Shown here piece after piece: positions 26,130 to 39,717 of a stretch of 64,000 bases of DNA (positions are counted from its first letter, which is position 1; every line of letters begins with the position of its first letter). Origin of the DNA: Eledone cirrhosa. Taxonomy: Eukaryota. The position numbers were made by a program, and so were the translations under genes. The notes under the pieces are model-generated. The model saw only the letters and a program-made list of their open reading frames with translations, had not been told where the DNA came from and ran no database searches. The stretch lies in NCBI GenBank assembly GCA_964016885.1, contig OZ024740.1, forward strand, positions 67,394,001-67,458,000, written 5' to 3'.

Positions 26130-27600
26130 TTAGATGGCCTTTCCCATTTTTTCTTCCTCTACATCGAACACGGCTTCACTCAGGATAGGCAATGAAAATG
26201 CACGTGATCTGCTTAATGACGATATCTCACTAAATATAGATGCGGTAGTCACCAGCGACACCAGATCTGCGCTGCATGAACTTTCACAAACATTTTCGGC
26301 GGTTACGAGGTGTACGTTTCTCCAAGCTCTAATAGGTTTGGGACCAGAGTTGTTTATTTCGCAACGAACTGGATCTCGCGATACGGAATATCTTTCTGGA
26401 TCCAGAAGGTAAGTTGTTGGTGCTGGACCTGACCAGCATATGAGAGTCTATGTTATTCACATCGTCGGGAGGACCTGGAGAACTTTCAAGGTACATCGTG
26501 CTCTTTATTGTGAGTGAGTATCTGGGATGGGTGCACGCTAGTAATGTGTGGGATTAGCCGCTAAAATAGAAGTGCGTAAAAGCATCGCTAAACTGCTCAA
26601 GTGTATCCAACTGTCTGAGAGGTACAGACTGGATTTCCGAAATGTGCCAATGTGGAGAGGGACAAACCGCATCCTGTCATTGAGTTCGTACCTGTAGGGA
26701 AATAGGTTTTCCTCTATTCAAAGTAGTTGACTAAACAGACCACAAAGGTGTGATCTGTGCAGTAGATGTAGATAGTCATAGAGAGGGAGCCAATTACTGG
26801 AATCTGAAGGCGTCGTTCCCGGCGCGAAAACATAACAAAGACAGGATTAGGTAAAGTTAAACGGGCGTTAGTATTTCACTCTGAAGAGGACTATTAGAGC
26901 AGAATCGTTAAGGTTAAGTGAAGATATAATGATATAGAAATGTAGTGTAGAGGGAAAACCAGTTAGAATAATAGAATAGGTACTTAGTAAAAGCATCACA
27001 GCCGATGTGCTTGAGATGTAGACTGGCCCCTGGCCAATTCTTCATGGCTAAGCACGAAGGTTGCGTTGTAAGAACTAGTGTGTGCGCTTTGAGAACATTT
27101 ATTCAATGCGAAACACGAAGGTTGCATTGTCAGAGCTATGGCGCATTCTCTATGAAACGGGGGAACCACTGTTGTTTGATGGGCCCATGGCAGAGGCACA
27201 GCGTGGAGACCATATTTTTAACAAAGGTTTTAGCAACGATGTTGGGCCTTGACTTCAAAGATTTGGTAGGGGAGGCGCAAATTTGCGCCATACACGCCAT
27301 ACACGACACCATCCACCGCTGGCGATACGTCATAGAGAGGGTAGTGTGTAAACCTGGCTCCGGCGGGGCTCCGATCAATTTAGATCAATTGGAAACTTTC
27401 GATAGGATCGAACATCGACACCTGGAATCTGTCCTCAATGCAGCTAGCTTCGGTCCAGTATTCAGAGGCTGAATGACTGCAATGCACAGTGACATATACT
27501 CGGTTGTTAAAGTTAATGGCCATCCTTCGGAATCGTTTCAGATCTGGAACTGTTGCAGGTTATCCGGCTCGAACCGGGACACCGAAATGGGATGCACTTA
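26130..27600 (+). pseudogene. Old, internally deleted Tx1-clade ORF2 fragment
   Basis: ASLRIGNENAR..LLND..SLNID, AKHEGCVVR, LVGEAQICAI, INLDQ..FDRIEHR match the intact ORF2 at 47372-50791. Confidence 0.8.
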
Positions 27601-28159
27601 CGTTAACACCAAGAAAACTGGGATAAATACGAGCCTGATGTGCCGTCGTACTTGGGACATATTTGAATCCTTTTTAGTAATAGTCAGAAATGAATTAGGC
27701 AGACCTGTCTTTCAGCCAGCTATCTCATATTTCCAACATTGTATATCTTCGTTTTGTAAAATATAGTTGACAAATTATGTTTATGTGTAATTGATTAAAT
27801 AAAGATCATCACTGTTGAATCAAATGAAACAAAAAATAATATTAGACATGTAACCAGCAGCAAACCCCTCTGTTTAGTCAATCAACCAGCCAGCCAGAAA
27901 GACGGCCAGTCATCTCATTAGACATAAAGCCAGTCAGCCAAACAACAAGCTACACAGCCAATTACCAGCCACTTAGTGCGCCAGCCAGCCAGTAAACCAA
28001 CCAACCAGATCGTTTGCAAATGTCGACTAAAACTTAGAGAGGCTCTCTCATGATGGAGACTGGGTATGGAGAGCCAGGTGTACAATAAACACGAGTATAG
28101 AGTCGTCCATCTTAGTTTATTGAAGTTTATTGAAGTTATATGTTTTCTGACAGTTACAC

Positions 28160-30130
28160 ACCACACGATAGGGACGATGTCATGGAATGCTAAACGTTAT
28201 TAAATCAAACATTCAACACTCCTCTGGGTGCATGTATGAGTGCAAAACCAATTGAGATATGCCAGCGTGGATAGTGCTAGATCCTACTCTCTTACGATTA
28301 TAAGGATCAAATAATTCATCTTTGTGCCTTCGTTCTGCAACCAAACGTTGGCCAATGGCATGGTGAGATATCCGTGTTTTGGATAATATTGTGAATGGAC
28401 TATTGGAACGTTATCATGAATGCAGTCTGGGAATAAGAGGGTCCACAAGTTGGTATGGAAGTTGAAAAAAACCTCGCAATCCTGGTCAGTCTTCCAATTA
28501 TCTAACAGATAATTCCTGGCTGGCGAATGATCCAGTTTAGAAACATTTCGGTTCAATCAGACCGTATCTAGATTAAATATATTAAAGCACTAGATTGGGA
28601 TAGCATATGATGTTCACAATTTAGAATGGTCGAATTCACAGATCCCAAATTTGTGATCTGTACGGTTGAGCTGAATAGGCGCCGTGGACAGTGACCTAAC
28701 TTCTGAAAGGTGAACGCATCGTCCCTGTGGTAAAATGAAGTCGGACTACCGAATTAGTTAAGCCAGCTTTGAGGGGTAGCTACATCAACAACATGGTTAT
28801 TCGCACAGAAAAAAAAAGAATATTAGTGTTAAATCCATGAGTTTTAGCAATGAACTAGTGGTACAGGAAATATATTACAAGGAAGCTAATCAGATACGTA
28901 AAATAAATATTTTGGAAACGTGCTCGATATGATATTGACGATTGACCAATTATTCAACAAGAGCAGTATGTTGTCAGAGATATAGTGCATGATTTTAAGA
29001 CAGGAAATCCCTTCAATGTGTCCAAGTGGCGGAGGTTCAGCGCGCCAAAAACACCCCAATTTGGGTTTAGCTCACCACGAATGCGTGCTACTCAATTCTG
29101 GGCAGATATGTGCAGACGTTCAAGAGCAACAATCAGGTGTTTGGGACCAGCGGTAGTCTGAATTATAGGAGGGTCTTCAATACTTAACTTGCCGGTGCTG
29201 CGAAAGACCGATAATAGCCTTTGAAATTCGAGAGGAAATAACAGGTTGCACGAGTGTCAGATCACCTTCTGTTGATGGACTGTCATATTAACTTTACCTG
29301 TCGCATTAACTTTACCTTCAGCACCGAGGGTTGCTTGTGCTGTTCATTGATGACCTGTAAAAGGGAGAACATATAGATAACTCCCGACCCATACCTCTGA
29401 TAAACGCATATTTCAATACTTTGGACATAGCGTTAAAAAACAGGTTGCGGCTTCTCCTCAATGTTCTGATTGGTGAGGCGCGAACATGCACCATCCCAGA
29501 CAGATCCATCTTCGGTAACATTCAGCTCAAGCGGGTTAATCAGGGGTTTAATCAGGTAAGACCATGGCAAGTTTGGGGCTTGATCAGCTTGGATCAATTA
29601 GAAGCTATTATCTTTCTGTCCACAGGGCAGCCGGTATTAACCCCATCACAAAAGGATGGGATCGCTGCAAGGTACAGCGAATATCGGGGGTCGGAGTGAA
29701 TAGCCACCTATCGTTGTTGTTCAGTGTCATGCACGCGATCCTTCAGTGATGCCTTTTATGTGGTGGATGCGTTTGAAAGGGTTCCTGACAGACTCTTTCT
29801 AAGGTAGTGAAGGGTTAGTTACCCTTTTCAAGTTTTAGTTGAAGGTTGAAAATCCGAGTATAGCCAGTTCGCGCAAAGGCGGAGGCGAATGTCGAGCATT
29901 GTCCGACTGAAATAGCCTACTCAAAAGATACGTTCTGTGACCCTTGGAAGTCGCCATACCTATTGGGGAATTTTATTATTTTTTCATGTTATATGTTGTT
30001 AATTAGTTTTACTCGAAAGACAACATGATGAGGTATCGTCCTGTATCCTCATGTGTCACACTTAATGTTTTATTTATAAAAATCCTTTGTGGTAAAAAAA
30101 TAATAATTCTTATTGTTTACTATTATTATT
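28160..30130 (+). pseudogene. Old degenerate Tx1-clade copy with 3' end and ATT-rich tail
   Basis: LIGEARTCTIPDRSIFGN; 3' UTR ends ...cctttgtggtaaaaaaataataatt...attattatt like the younger copies; left boundary approximate. Confidence 0.7.
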
Positions 30131-30374
30131 ATTGTTTTGCTGTTTTGTTTGTCTTGTTGTTGTTGTTATTATAAAAGTATTGCCGTCGGTTTCACATGCG
30201 TCAGACTGGTTTTTACTTTCGATTTAATTGTCAGTAATTATATTTCGGCTGTAAACTTTATAACCACAGCATCCACGTGTACCCCATAACCCAACGCTAT
30301 ATATATATATATATACACACACACAGTAGAAAGAAAAAAAAAACAAGTGAGTTGAGATTATTTTACCTTGTTAA

Positions 30375-30552
30375 GGGCGGTGGATTGGCAGTATCAGTAG
30401 AGGGTCGGACACCATGCTTTCCAGCATAGTTACGTCCCTTTATGATCTGAGTTCAAATCCCGCCGAGGTTGACTTTGCCTTTCATCCTTACGGGGTCGAT
30501 AAAATAAAGTACCAGTAATGCACTGGCCTTCTGCCTAAAGTAGAAACAATTA
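30375..30552 (+). mobile_element. tRNA-derived SINE, full length, with TSD
   Basis: A/B-box-like head; attattttacc(t/a)tgtta duplicated at ~30357-30374 and ~30549-30565. Confidence 0.9.
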
Positions 30553-30574
30553 TTTTACCATGTTATTATTTGTT

Positions 30575-30680
30575 AATCTGTATATATTTCAGATGCATTA
30601 TCCACTAAATTAATTATTAATTAATTATTAAATCCAGCCCGCCAGCTGCTCTGAATGCAAATGAGCTTCATCAGCCGATT
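30575..30680 (-). ncRNA. Type I hammerhead candidate with long stem II
   Basis: AATCGG-CTGATGA-AG..TGCATT...AATGCA.CT-GAAA-TATA-TA-CAGATT; one mismatch in stem I. Confidence 0.5.
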
Positions 30681-31010
30681 TTCCTAAGCATAAAAACTAT
30701 AAGTTTTTAGCTTATTTAGTCTGAGCACCCAAAAAGTGTAAGCCTCTTTTATGAACTGGAGATGGTTTAAAGAAATGGAAACGGTACCGTTACGTTGCTC
30801 AGCATTTGTTGCTAAGAATAGCAGTGATATGATCAAACCATTTAAAAATATATAGCGGGGATAAAAGAATGTTTATTAATATGAACATTTCGTATATTCT
30901 TCAATATAAAACCCCGTTCACGTCTCAATCACGCTATGTGAGAGCATCACTACCATTTATATATAAATGTAAATTAAGTATATATATATATATGTGTGTA
31001 TATATATATG

Positions 31011-31096
<86 letters not shown>

Positions 31097-31251
31097 AAGA
31101 AAAAAAGATGAAATCGAAAATGCAACTGGAGTCTTTTTTTTTAAATAAGACTCCAGTTGCATTTTCGATTTCATCTTTTTTTCTTTATACTTTCACTCGT
31201 GTAGGACACCTCGGTTATTTTTCATTTTGTAAAAAAAACCTCACTTTCTAA
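31097..31251 (+). mobile_element. Terminal fragment of the 15.4-18.8 kb Penelope family with a short 5' fold-back, in (TA)n
   Basis: aagatgaaatcgaaaatgcaactggagtct / agactccagttgcattttcgatttcatctt hairpin; remainder is the reverse complement of 15437-15540. Confidence 0.8.
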
Positions 31252-31644
31252 TATATATATATATATATATATAAAAGTTTACATATATATATACATATAT
31301 ATACATATACGTGTTTTGCAACGGGTCACTTTGTGGCTCAATGAAAATTTAATAAATAAAAAAATCAGAGCTATATATCATAAAGCATGTCTATAGAATC
31401 ACAAGATAAAATATATACCATTTCCTCTCCCAATTAGCATAATTAACTATATAAAAAATCGAATAGACCAGGCTATAAGAATGAGGCTTCTATGAAGAAA
31501 TCTCCAACAAATAACCGAAACTAGCCCTTCGCGTCGGCCACAACGGAATATTTATCGAATATTTCGACAGCGTAATCGCCCAGATACAGTCAACTAAACA
31601 GAAATAGGTGTAAAGTAAACTAGAAGAAAATAGAATACATTTAA

Positions 31645-31735
31645 AAACCTCTACCATGGTTTCATCCGCATTTTGAGATTTCCAATAATTATGTAATAAT
31701 TATATAACTCGAGCACCCGATTCATCAGGAGATTT
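31645..31735 (-). ncRNA. Type I hammerhead ribozyme candidate, canonical core
   Basis: AAATCTC-CTGATGA-ATC...GAT-GAAA-CCATGG-TA-GAGGTTT: 7-bp stem I, palindromic stem III, GUA site. Confidence 0.7.
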
Positions 31736-31828
31736 GCTCTTATCTAGACACTAAATTTTCCAAAGTGATCACGCCAAGAGTTCATTCAAAATGGCTAAGA
31801 TTCGTGACTAGTCGCGGTCAGCTTTATG

Positions 31829-32023
<195 letters not shown>

Positions 32024-32075
32024 ATTTCCGTGGAAAAGGTAAAGGAAAGAAGAGTGCTCTATGTATAGTACAGAG

Positions 32076-32138
<63 letters not shown>

Positions 32139-32214
32139 TCCATCCTACAAACTGTAGAGTGCTTATTATCCGATATCTGCATTGCTTTATTGTACTACAA
32201 TAAAACTCACCTCC

Positions 32215-32260
<46 letters not shown>

Positions 32261-32264
<4 letters not shown>

Positions 32265-32622
32265 TGTATGTATAGTATATTTGGCAATATACCGTATGTT
32301 TAATTAAATACATTTAGAAGACCATACGCTATCGGTTTTAAAGTAGTGATTATGTCACTCACTTCTTTTCGGCGAAAGAATGGAGATAAGCTAACAGTCT
32401 GTTTCACGCTGGTTGGCAATCATCAGAACGACGCACCCCCTGCTTCCGTCGAAAATTAAAGAAGCTGGATTATTATAGAATTCCAGTAATAACCAGGAGC
32501 TGATTATACAGAGCTATTGCCGGTCCAGCAAAAATTAGGCATTAGGACTGGTGCTCTGAAATAGCGATGTATACATGAATGTATGTATAGTATATTTGGC
32601 AATATACCGCATGTTTAATTAA
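32261..32622 (-). mobile_element. ~315-bp retrozyme-like unit plus partial tandem repeat; HHR with canonical core at 32390-32429
   Basis: tgaatgtatgtatagtatatttggcaatatacc at 32261 and 32576; minus strand GTT-CTGATGA-tTGCcaaccaGCGt-GAAA-CAGACTG-TT-AGC; homologous to 13303-13646. Confidence 0.7.
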
Positions 32623-32642
32623 GATCAGTGTGTGTGTGTGTA

Positions 32643-32721
<79 letters not shown>

Positions 32722-33880
32722 TTCTCTTTAACCTTAGAAACGTTCGTTTTATTAATAAAAAAATCAAAACAAACAAATCTATTTCAAATGGCAACAACGC
32801 TACAAATATTTAAAAAACAGAAAATGAAGGGAAGAGGAAGGGCTTTGGGGCCAGAACAAAATTGGTTGAGAAACTGGGGGTAATGGGCCTAGGGCGCAAT
32901 TTCTCATTGATTTTGATGATGTTGTCAGTGAGGATAATGATTGTGAGGAACATGATGACTATTATGATGATCATGAACATGATGATCAAGATGAGGATGA
33001 AGATGATGATGACGATGATGATGATGTTGTTGTTGATGACAATGATGATGATAATGCTGTTGTTGATGATGATGATGATGATAATGATAATGACGATAGT
33101 GCTAAGATTATTATATCCGACCATCCAACCATCGGATCGATCTATCAACCAACCAGCCAAATAAACAAATGCTGTCTTTCATATAACGCTGATATTTCAA
33201 TTGCATCCCAATAAGTTTTATATAGAAATACTTGTAGTAAGATGTTTTTCACACCCACACTGATAGTAAACAGATGTATCTGTAGGATGCTTTTAGTGTG
33301 TAATAAACCTGTACTTCGTCAAACATTTCACTTTTACAGTACCTAAAGGCTTTTCTGCTGTTATTACTTGTTTTTGATGTAGTTTCTATTTTACTTGTTG
33401 TTGTTGCTGATGCTATTGAAGTTTGTGTGGTAGTGAAGGTGGTGGTGGTGGTGGTTGCTATTGTCCTCCATCTCCTCCTCATCTTCTTCTTCTTCTTCTT
33501 CTTCTTCTTCTTCTTCTTCTTCTTCTTCTTCTTCACTCACTTATTCCTGGAAGGGATTTCCCCCCATTTTCTTACTTTTATTTTATCTTATTTTTCTATT
33601 TAATTTATTTATTTGTTTATTTATTCATTCATTTGTTTATATTATGTTCGTTCACATCTTTCCACCAACATTTTCGGGGGCATCTATATAACAGTTCTTG
33701 AAATTGATACGCCCTATACAAGTGCACTCATTTTGAAATCCTGATATAATCCAGAGATATTTTGAAGCGTTTTAAGTTACATGTTGCAATTCTTTAAAGA
33801 AGACCGGAAAATATTTGGGAGCTGGAGAAAAACTATAATGAAACGGCGTGGGTGGAATAATAATAATAATAATAATAATC

Positions 33881-33919
33881 AGTTTATTTATTAGCCACAA
33901 GGGCCGACATGTAGGGGAT
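33881..33919 (-). mobile_element. ~40-bp Tx1 3'-end stub (B-type)
   Basis: tttattagccacaagggccgacatgtagggga matches the 3' end of the element starting at 40701. Confidence 0.6.
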
Positions 33920-33920
33920 A

Positions 33921-36900
33921 ATTTTTTATTGGCCACAGAGGCTATCACGAAGAAAAACATTATAGACGGCACAGAACAGTACAGGACGATACAAAGTGGG
34001 TTTTGGTCGTGTAAACAGGTTATAACAAAATCGGGCTAGAAATCCAAAAAGAAAAAAAAAAAAAGTTCCCACACAAAACCACACAAAAGACCACGGCCAC
34101 CCTGACCACCAGGGCAAGCACCCTCTCTCACTTTTCCCACTCCTCAGTCTACAGGCGTATACTCAGAGCGGGCCCATTCACTCGGATCTGACTCGCCACT
34201 TTCACCCACCTTTCAACAAACTTACTAGAAGACAGCACTTGTCTCTCCACCCTGATTTTCCTCTTCAAGTGAAACTTGAAAAGGTTAAATAGGGATTGGC
34301 TGGAGAGGAAAGTGTCCGTCTTCAACCCTTTCAATCTTGTCCACCACACAATCTCTTTCGCCATGGCCAACAGGCAGATGAAACTTCCTGCCCTTCCTCC
34401 TCTTTAAAGGAGGATGGTGGGACTATCTGCACAATGGACTCAGTCGATAACCGGATCCGTCCTCCACGCGACAGCAGCTGTTCGACATAGCTCCACAAGT
34501 CAGCAATCCTCGGGCACTGAACGAGTGCGTTCAGGACGGTTTCGTCACTCTGCGCGCATCTCGGACAGGCTCGGCTGACAGCACCTCCGTGCCTGTAGAG
34601 CTTAACCCGAACCGTTAACGCTTCCCGGTAGCACTGCCGGGCCAGGGATTTCTGGAAGTTGTCCATAGGCCCCGGTCTGAAAGTTCTCTTGAAGAGAGCG
34701 AACAGCTGATCGTCTTCGACGCCCAGGGTCTCCCCGAGAACGTCGTCGCCCTTTCCCTCCGCTCGCCCTCTATAGAACGCTGAGGTGGATGTTCCACCGA
34801 TACAAGTGCCCAGTCGGTAGAGGGCGGTTGCGCTTGGAGACATTCCAGTTTCCAAGCGCTATCCCTCGGTCTTTTCCTGATCCAGGACTGCAGCTCCGTC
34901 AAGGAGGCGAGCTGGGGAAAATGCGTCTGGCAAACGGCGGCCACACGTGTTCACCGTCAAGGAAGCACCAGAGATGTCGCAGCCTCAGCGCCAGTTTGCG
35001 CATCATCAGCCACGACATGCCTAGTCCTCTACGCAACGGGTGTTGACAGCAAATGGATCGTTTGATCATGAGAGCGCGTCCCTTCTACAAAAAGCGGAAG
35101 AGAAGGCGCTCCATTTTGGTCAGAGTTGGGCGGGGGCAATGTACGACATTCAGGCGGTAGCAGATGACGGACGCTATGTACACATTCGCCACCTCCGCCC
35201 GACCTTTCAGAGACAGCCTCCTCTCGGCCCATTTCTGGGTTAGAGAGGCCAACCTGCTTGTCACCTTGCTCCAGTTTTTCTCCATCTGGAGGTCCGGACA
35301 GAACCAGACCCCGAACAATTTAACCGTTCCTTCCGTCCAGCGCCCTACGACGGCATGGACTTTCCTCTCCAAGTGCTGAGTTGCAAGCCCACCGACTTTT
35401 CCTGGTTTATCTTTGCTCCTGTCACCGCTTCGTATTCCTTGAGAGCGGTGCCGAGCATCTGGATATGTTTGGTGCTCGTCACCACCACGGTGACGTTATC
35501 GGCGTACGCTGACACGGATCTCCCGCATCCCAGTTCGCGTGGGACCAGCCTCATCGTCTCTACTTTGTGTAGTAAAGGCTCTAGGGCCAGTACGTACAAG
35601 AGGGACGAGAGGGGGCAACCCTGGCGGACCGAGCTCATGATGCTGAAAGGCTGCGACAGGTGACCATTCACCCTCACCATCGAGCTGATGTCGCTGTGCA
35701 TCGCAGCGATCTAGCCCCTAAAAACGGGCCCGATCCGGCCGCCTCGAGGACCGCAGCCAGTTACCGATGGTCGACCCTATTGATCCAAGTTGATCAGGGC
35801 CCCACCCGTACCAGGTTCCTTAACAACCCTCTCTATGATGTATCTAATGAGATGGGGGTTGTCGTGGCTGAATCTATCGGGGATGGCGCATGTCTGCGCC
35901 TTTCTCACCAGATCACCGACGACAAGCGCCAATCTCTTTGCTGACACCTTGGCCAAAATCTTAAACTCGGCGTTTAGTTGAGTTATGGGCCTGAAGTTGT
36001 CTATTACGTTCCCCTTGTTCGGGTTTTTTCTCAGCATCGCCACCGCTCCCCGGCTCACAAAACTGCGAATGCTCCCATTATGCTGCGAGTTGCAGTAGAC
36101 ATCTGGCAAGAGGTGGCCGAACAAGTATGGCATATACGCAGAAAGCTCGTATGGCAGACCATCCAAACCTGGCGATTTACCCCTCGTGCAGTCAGACATC
36201 GCGCCCCGTATTTCACCTGCTGTTATCGGCTTTTCGCAGCATTGCGTTGCGGTCGTCGAGAGCCGAGGCAGTCCGTCGAAGTATGCACCGAAGTCCATAC
36301 ACCGATCCGGCCCTCCGCCGCTCCCGAACAATTGAAAAGCCGCACACATCTGCTCGGATTCGAGCAACATGCGCCCATTTTGATCAGGTAAATACCGAAT
36401 TGTGGACTTGTTGCCACGACGCGCCTCCACTACCCGGGCCCATTGAACGTCTTTCGTCCTCTCGTGTCTTAGAGCACGCGTTCTAGCTCTGACAATGCAG
36501 CCTTCATGCTTTGCGTTGAAGAATTGGAGTGCCAATTTCTCCGCAAGCACGCCGGTTGCGATGCATGTCCTAAACGCCTCTTCTAGTTTTCTAACTAACT
36601 CCCCCTCTACTCTATTTTCCTCTATCACTACTCCTTTTCTAAACCTTATCGATTCTACTCTAATAGCCCTTTTCAGGGCAAACCACCACCTGTTGTTGAC
36701 GATCTCAGCTGTCAACGCACGCTTAACTAATTGGCTAATCTCAGTAAGCTTTGCGCGCCAGGAACTACGCGTTCAGCTTCCAATAGCCGGGCCCTTACTT
36801 ATGGAGTCTATCTAAGTCAACTTCACAGATCACAAATTTGTGGTCCGTGTAGTCGACTACTTTAAATTGTGGACAACCTACACTAGCCTTAACTGTTTCC

Positions 36901-39686
36901 CTAAAAGAATACCCTATCTAAATACGATCTGGATGACCCGATGCGGTTTGTCCATGTACACATTGGCACATTCGGATAATCCATTTTATACCTGTCATAA
37001 CGTCTGAGCAGGTTGTTGAGGCTTTTACACCCTCCTTCCCTGTCTACTAGCCCCACATAATCCCAGCGTGCATCTAAGATACCGTTCCAGTCGCTCACTA
37101 ACACTAAAGAGCGGGACGTTCCAAGAAAGGTCTCTAGATGTCTGAAGAAATCTGGCCGTCCGGCCCCTGTAGAGGCGTAGACGGCTACTAGCCTGAAAGC
37201 ATAGCCTTCGCTGCCGGTCACGTCCAGCACCACCAACTTACCTTCTGAGTCCAGGAAGAGCCCGTATGGCGAGATCCAAGCCTCTCCGAAAAAGCACGAC
37301 AGCCCCTCGCCCGATCCCTGACGGCTGGGAGATGCGTATACATCGTAGCTGCCGAAGATCGGTGCGAAGGCTCTCGCTGATTGCCACCACATCTATGTTT
37401 AGTGACCTGAGGTCGTTGAGCAGGTGACCCTGCTTGCAAGATGACCCCAGGCCACGTACATTTATACTGCCTATTCTAAGTACGGCCATGTTGGATGAGA
37501 AACGGGATAAGGGAGAAAGGATCACTTACATTGATCGTGTGGTGAAGGGACAGTAGAACCGTCCCTTTGGGTGGTCATGGGTGTTTCCAAGAGGATGTTG
37601 GTGTATAACCTCTTGGTAACCGATTCTCTGACGTCTCCAACTGCGTTGGGGATTTTTTGTTTTAAACGTTTGTAATATTCTATTTTGATTTCAATGATGT
37701 TTATCTTTGTCGGGAGTGTTTTTGGTGTCGGTGGGGTGTAGTAGTTTTTTTCTGTGATGTCTGTGTGCTGCTTTATATGTTGTAAGAATTCTTTATTTGA
37801 AATGTTTATGGCTGTGTACTTTTTGTGGGGAGGGGTGATTTAGTTGCTGTTTTCTTGTTGTTGCTGTTGGGTGTGTGTGTTTTGTTGTGTTTGCGATGTT
37901 GGTGAATTTGGTGATGCTGGTGGTGGCGTGGTTGTTGATGGTGATGTTGCTTGTGGTGATCTTTATTTGCCTACGCTTTTGGAGGGTAAAGCTAAGGGGT
38001 TTTTCCTTTTTTGTTTTTTGTGCAGACCGTTTGCCACTTCCCTCCCGCCTCATACTCCATGTCAGATTCGTGGCGTCTGGGAGTGGTATGAGCACCACTG
38101 TTATCGGTGGTGGTAGTGGAGCCCGCTCTGGCGATTTTGCCGCCGGTGTAGCTACTGTGACTGTTGGTGTTGCCGCCACTGCTACCACTGCTTTAGCTGT
38201 GCGTGGCCTTTTAATGGGTGCCACGGACGTTGCCCTCCTACTCACCATGGAAGGGTCTTCTGACTTTTTTGCCTGCCTTGCAATTGGTAGCAGCAGATCA
38301 GGCGTCGGAAGGAGGGCGGCCCTCTTCTTGGCTGTCTTCTGCGGGCAGAAGGCCCTGACGTGACCCTTCTGCCCACAGAGATATCACTTAGGGCGCCTTC
38401 CTTCCAGGCTTATAGGGAGTTGGAGTCCTTCCTCGAAGTCTATGATATCTGGGATGGTCTCGATGCACTCCTGGTCATTCCTATTCCTGACCAGCTCTCT
38501 CTTCCCATTCTCTGTATTGGCAGTATGGTGGTTGTTCTCCTCGATTCCAGCAAGTACAGACACGGCCAGCCAAGGTATGGGAACGTCGGGCGGGACCTGG
38601 GTCACTTTGACCGTCACAATTTTCTGCCCGCAGTAGGGGGACACCAAGACTATCTCTTAACTCTTTAGGGTTTCAAAATAGTGAAACTTCGCCTCTTGGA
38701 TGTGTGTGTGGGGGGGGGGGGGGGGGGGGGTACGTCTACTATGGCGTATTTTTGCCTCGGGTGATGTGGTTTTTACGCGCCCAGATGCACCAGAATGCCT
38801 TTTGTAGTTGAGCCTACTTGGCTCCCTCCACCCGATGTGACATTTTGCTTACAGTGCGGTAAGTCACCGTGCGCATCTGCTGGTCTTTAAAGAAATCGGG
38901 TGGAGGTTTCAGAGAAACTCTATTGTCATTTCTAGTCACCATGGCTCTTGCGACTGCCATCTCCTCCTGCGTGACTAGCACTGTCTCTATATTTCGGTCC
39001 ACACTTGCGAAAGAAGTGGCCCCTATTTCAGCGGCACCATTATTACTGCCGCTACTGCTGCTACTGCTGCTACTGGTCTTGTTGTTGTTGCTGTTGTTAC
39101 TGCTACAAACGGTATTTTTGGTGTTATTGCTGTTATCACTGTAGTAGTTGGTTGTGTTTTTGGTGCCACCGTTGTTGTTGTTTTCGGTGCAATTTCTATT
39201 GTTGCTGTTGGTGTTGTCGTTGTTTATGTTCTTGTTAGTGGTGTTAATATCGTTGTTGCATTAGTTGTCATTTTTTCTGTTGTCTGTATTTTGTTTTTCG
39301 CTGTTATTGTTGTAGTTGGTCGGGTAATGTTTTTGTATTATTGTTCTCAGTGTTGTTGTCTTTGTTCACGATGTTTGTGGTGGTGTTTGTTGTATCAATT
39401 TCTGTAACCCTCCTCTCAACTTTGACGCCGTTGTCACACGACAGCAGACACATTGCTGGGGGGCATAGCTCAGCCATGTTTTTATTTTTATATTTTTAAA
39501 AGTAAAACGTTCAAATATTGTTCAAATATTTGGGCCAAAAGGCCCAAATATTATACTTTCCTCTTCACAGAGCAAAGTCCAAGGGCTTATATCCGTTACA
39601 TAACGAGAACAATTAAACAACAAATAATTATAACAGGTAAATAAACCGACTTACTGGGAGCGAGCAAAAAGACGTCCGAACAGAAC
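33921..39686 (-). mobile_element. Tx1-clade LINE copy A, apparently full length but frameshifted (ORF1 ~39477-37525, ORF2 37489-34149)
   Basis: ORF fragments collinear with the intact copy (LRIGSINVRGL, KSPGLDGLPYEL, VRQGCPLS, YADN, CPRC..ETVL); (TAA)n at both ends. Confidence 0.92.

Positions 39687-39716
<30 letters not shown>

Positions 39717-39717
<1 letters not shown>

Noticed and set aside
30375-30465. tRNA gene
   Set aside because: The A/B-box-like head belongs to a SINE; no complete cloverleaf
30880-30910. Minus-strand TTGAAGA-atatac-GAAA-TGTTCA-TA
   Set aside because: Stem II too short and U3-G8 core; at best a deleted remnant
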